DNA from: the human T2T-CHM13v2.0 reference genome, Homo sapiens
Assembly (NCBI RefSeq): GCF_009914755.1
Contig: NC_060931.1
Direction: 5' to 3' (one strand)
DNA length: 64,000 bases
Shown here piece by piece: positions 61,246-64,000 of this stretch. The notes beneath the pieces were generated by a model. That model searched no databases, had not been told where the DNA came from, and saw only the letters and a list, made by a program, of their open reading frames with translations. Numbering within the stretch: the first letter of the stretch is position 1; each line of letters begins with the position of its first letter. Position numbers and translations under genes: made by a program.

Positions 61246-62111
61246 CTGCTCCAGGATGAAAACCAAGAATTAGTTCTGTGTACAAAAGGCCAGCAGGAAT
61301 GAATCATTCTTTAGGGTCCCTAGAGATCCTGGCGATCGAAGTTAGACTGTGTAACTCAGAGCTAAATTGAAATCACATTCAATCGAGAAGTGGGATGAGA
61401 TAAAATTTCTTGTGTCAAATACGTAGCTTCCAAAATAGCACTTATGCTAAGAGCAAACATTTAATTAACGAGATGTTTGTTTACTAAACCTGTGTTTCCA
61501 ACATTATTCCAACATTCTTGACTCCTTTTAAAAAATATTTTGCCAGTTAAGTATCTTCTTTTTTAAAATATCTAAGGCATATGTAACTGACGTTAGAGCT
61601 TCCAATGAACCTGGGATAACCAGAATGACTGCCTGGCTCTGACATTTCCAGGCTAAAGCAAAGAAGTTAGTGGTTAACTAGATGGTGTCTAGGAGATTCT
61701 GGGTAAAATTATAATTTTCTGTAGGCTTTTTGAAATACTGAAATTAACTCCTCACACAGAGCACCATTATAACTTTAGAAGAGATAAGTTCCTAGGCTAG
61801 GAAAAGATTCAAATTATTTTCTGAAATCTATGGATGTCTAACTTAAATGCCTTAGAGAATCAGTCCATATTATAGAACATTATCTAGTTATAGAACAATA
61901 AAAATATACTGTGATTTAGATAAAATGCATAACTTTTCCAACTACATTATAGTAGCAGTGCAAAAATAGTTACATCCTGCTTTTAACCACTTGACTTTCC
62001 ATCTTTCCAGACTCTTAATTTTTTAACTTCATCCCCTAAGCTGCTCACTAATACTTGCCTGTTGGTACCTATCTTTAGGGAGTCTTAGTTAAGTTAATGA
62101 AAACATTAGGG

Positions 62112-62263
62112 AAGTTGTTTCCAAAATTTATTGCACATTGTAATCTTCTGGGTATCTTAAACAATATTAATGCCTGGCTTCAATCCCCAGACATTCTGAT
62201 TTAACTGGCAGAGGGTGCAAGTGGGCAAGGGGATGGTTTAAAAACTCCCCAGGTGATTCTAAT
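62112..62263. mobile_element. MER5A-like hAT-Charlie MITE
   Basis: CCCCAGACATTCTGATTTAACTGG...CTCCCCAGGTGATTCTAAT. Confidence 0.7.
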
Positions 62264-62294
62264 TCAAACTTAGATTTGGTTTTAACCCCCTTAC

Positions 62295-62339
62295 CTGAAT
62301 TCCTCTGGGTCCCTTTGGTCCATATGGCCCTGGGGATCC
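62295..62339 (-). CDS. COL28A1: Collagen XXVIII exon, 45 bp, GSPGPYGPKGPRGIQ
   Basis: AG/GT flanked (cacag|GGA...CAG|gtaagg), phase 0, pure Gly-X-Y; joins in frame to the following exons and matches the collagen XXVIII triple-helix sequence as I recall it. Confidence 0.93.
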
Positions 62340-63128
62340 CTGTGGAATAAAATTGAAAATAAGTCTCTCTAAATATACATCTTCAACGTGCAGTGATTTT
62401 AGGTAGGAGGGAAGGAAATGTGTTCTCGGTAATTGCCATCTTCCCTGGTTATCTTAACATCAAAGGCAATAAACTGAAATAATCCTAATTAACAAGCCAA
62501 GGGGTAGGAGTGTCAAACTTTCCTTCAGTAAACAATCTCCATGAAAATACAATTTTAGATGTAAGTCCGTTGCCTACATATTGACATTTTGGTCATTTTG
62601 GTTACAGTAAAGAAATTACTTTATAAGATTCCTTAGAGGGCTATAAACTTATTGGAATATTATTTCCTTCCGACAGGGTAATGTCAGTTAAATTAACAAT
62701 GTAGTGCATTTCCATGCTATCTAGATCACTCTTTTGCTCATCTTCAAAACACTGAACGTGGCAAAACACTGTTTATATTCAATACTCTTCTAATAGAAAA
62801 TATTTCATTCGGTCCCATAACCAGGAAACCCTTTAAAATTTATTTTGTGAGGGAGAACATAGTCTAGTTTTTATTTCCCCAGATTTCCACTTTTTTTTTT
62901 TGCTTATCAAAGTACAACCTGTTAACAATTGACACACTTTGACAATTATAGAAACATATAAATAAACAATTTGAAAAATCACACAGAAGCAAATGCTGTT
63001 AACATTTTAGGCATATTTTCGTCCAGTTTTATTCCCAGTAGATTCCTCTTCAAATAATGTGATCAAAGTGTATGTCTGATTTTGTGTCCTACCCATTTGG
63101 CCTTACACTGTATCAAAAATATTTTTCC

Positions 63129-63471
<343 letters not shown>

Positions 63472-63857
63472 TCAAGAATAGGGAACTACCATAATTTATT
63501 TACTCATTTCCCTAGCTTTGACCTAATATTATAATGAACATCTTTATGTATAAATCTCTGCCCAACTTCTGATTCACTCCTAAGAATAGTCTACTAGAAG
63601 AGGATGATGGAAGCAGAGACCATAAGCACATTTAAGGTTCACCGGCTGTCCTTTGTCTCTCATGCCATATATAGAAATAAAGAGAGAGAAACTTCCTCCA
63701 TAAAGTTTGTTTGTTAATCATTTCCACTACCCGAGTATGAGAGAGTGTATCTTCATCTTATGGGCTCCCCATCAACAATTAGTATTATACATTACTTCAC
63801 TGTTTGCTAATTTGATAGGTGATATAATACTTTTGTATGTTTGCTTTTGGTTGCTGG

Positions 63858-63975
63858 TGTTGTTGTTGTTGTTGTTTGAGACAGGGTCTTGCTCTGTTGC
63901 CCAGGCTGGAGTAGCTCACTGCAGCCTCTATCTCCCAGGTTCAAGCAATCCTCCCACCTCAGCCTCCCTAGTTGC
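63858..63975 (-). mobile_element. Partial old Alu with (TTG)n tail
   Basis: GAGACAGGGTCTTGCTCTGTTGCCCAGGCTGGAG...CTCAGCCTCCC. Confidence 0.75.
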
Positions 63976-64000
63976 CCACACTGGTGATATAATACCTTAT

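Noticed and set aside
61246-61251. Tandem acceptor GAGCAG before the 54-bp exon
   Set aside because: GAG acceptors are rarely used and the extra Gln would break Gly-X-Y; no evidence of use

Overview
Repeat-rich primate (almost certainly human) genomic DNA. It is mostly intronic sequence of a minus-strand collagen gene that I recognise from the spliced peptide as COL28A1 (collagen XXVIII). Nine phase-0 Gly-X-Y exons are present: 45 bp, 54 bp and seven consecutive 69-bp exons, each carrying its triple-helix imperfection at the same position. The largest intron holds a full-length ancient L1PB (16064-29646, TSDs preserved). Nested inside it are two Alus, a 137-bp foreign insert and a full-length, very young L1HS-like element (20272-26324). 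That young L1 has a +1 frameshift in ORF1, a nonsense codon near the end of ORF2 and an intact ORF0. A solo LTR12C (32658-34284) lies in the gene's sense orientation about 300 bp upstream of an exon; its promoter motifs are intact but its poly(A) hexamer appears destroyed. The rest is Alu, old L1/L2, MIR, MaLR/ERV LTRs, DNA-transposon relics and microsatellites. I see no new protein-coding gene. The best leads are regulatory: two transposon promoters (the L1 antisense promoter and LTR12C) point into the 3' half of COL28A1 and would reach the same internal Met. Repeat subfamily calls and consensus comparisons are from memory, not alignment.
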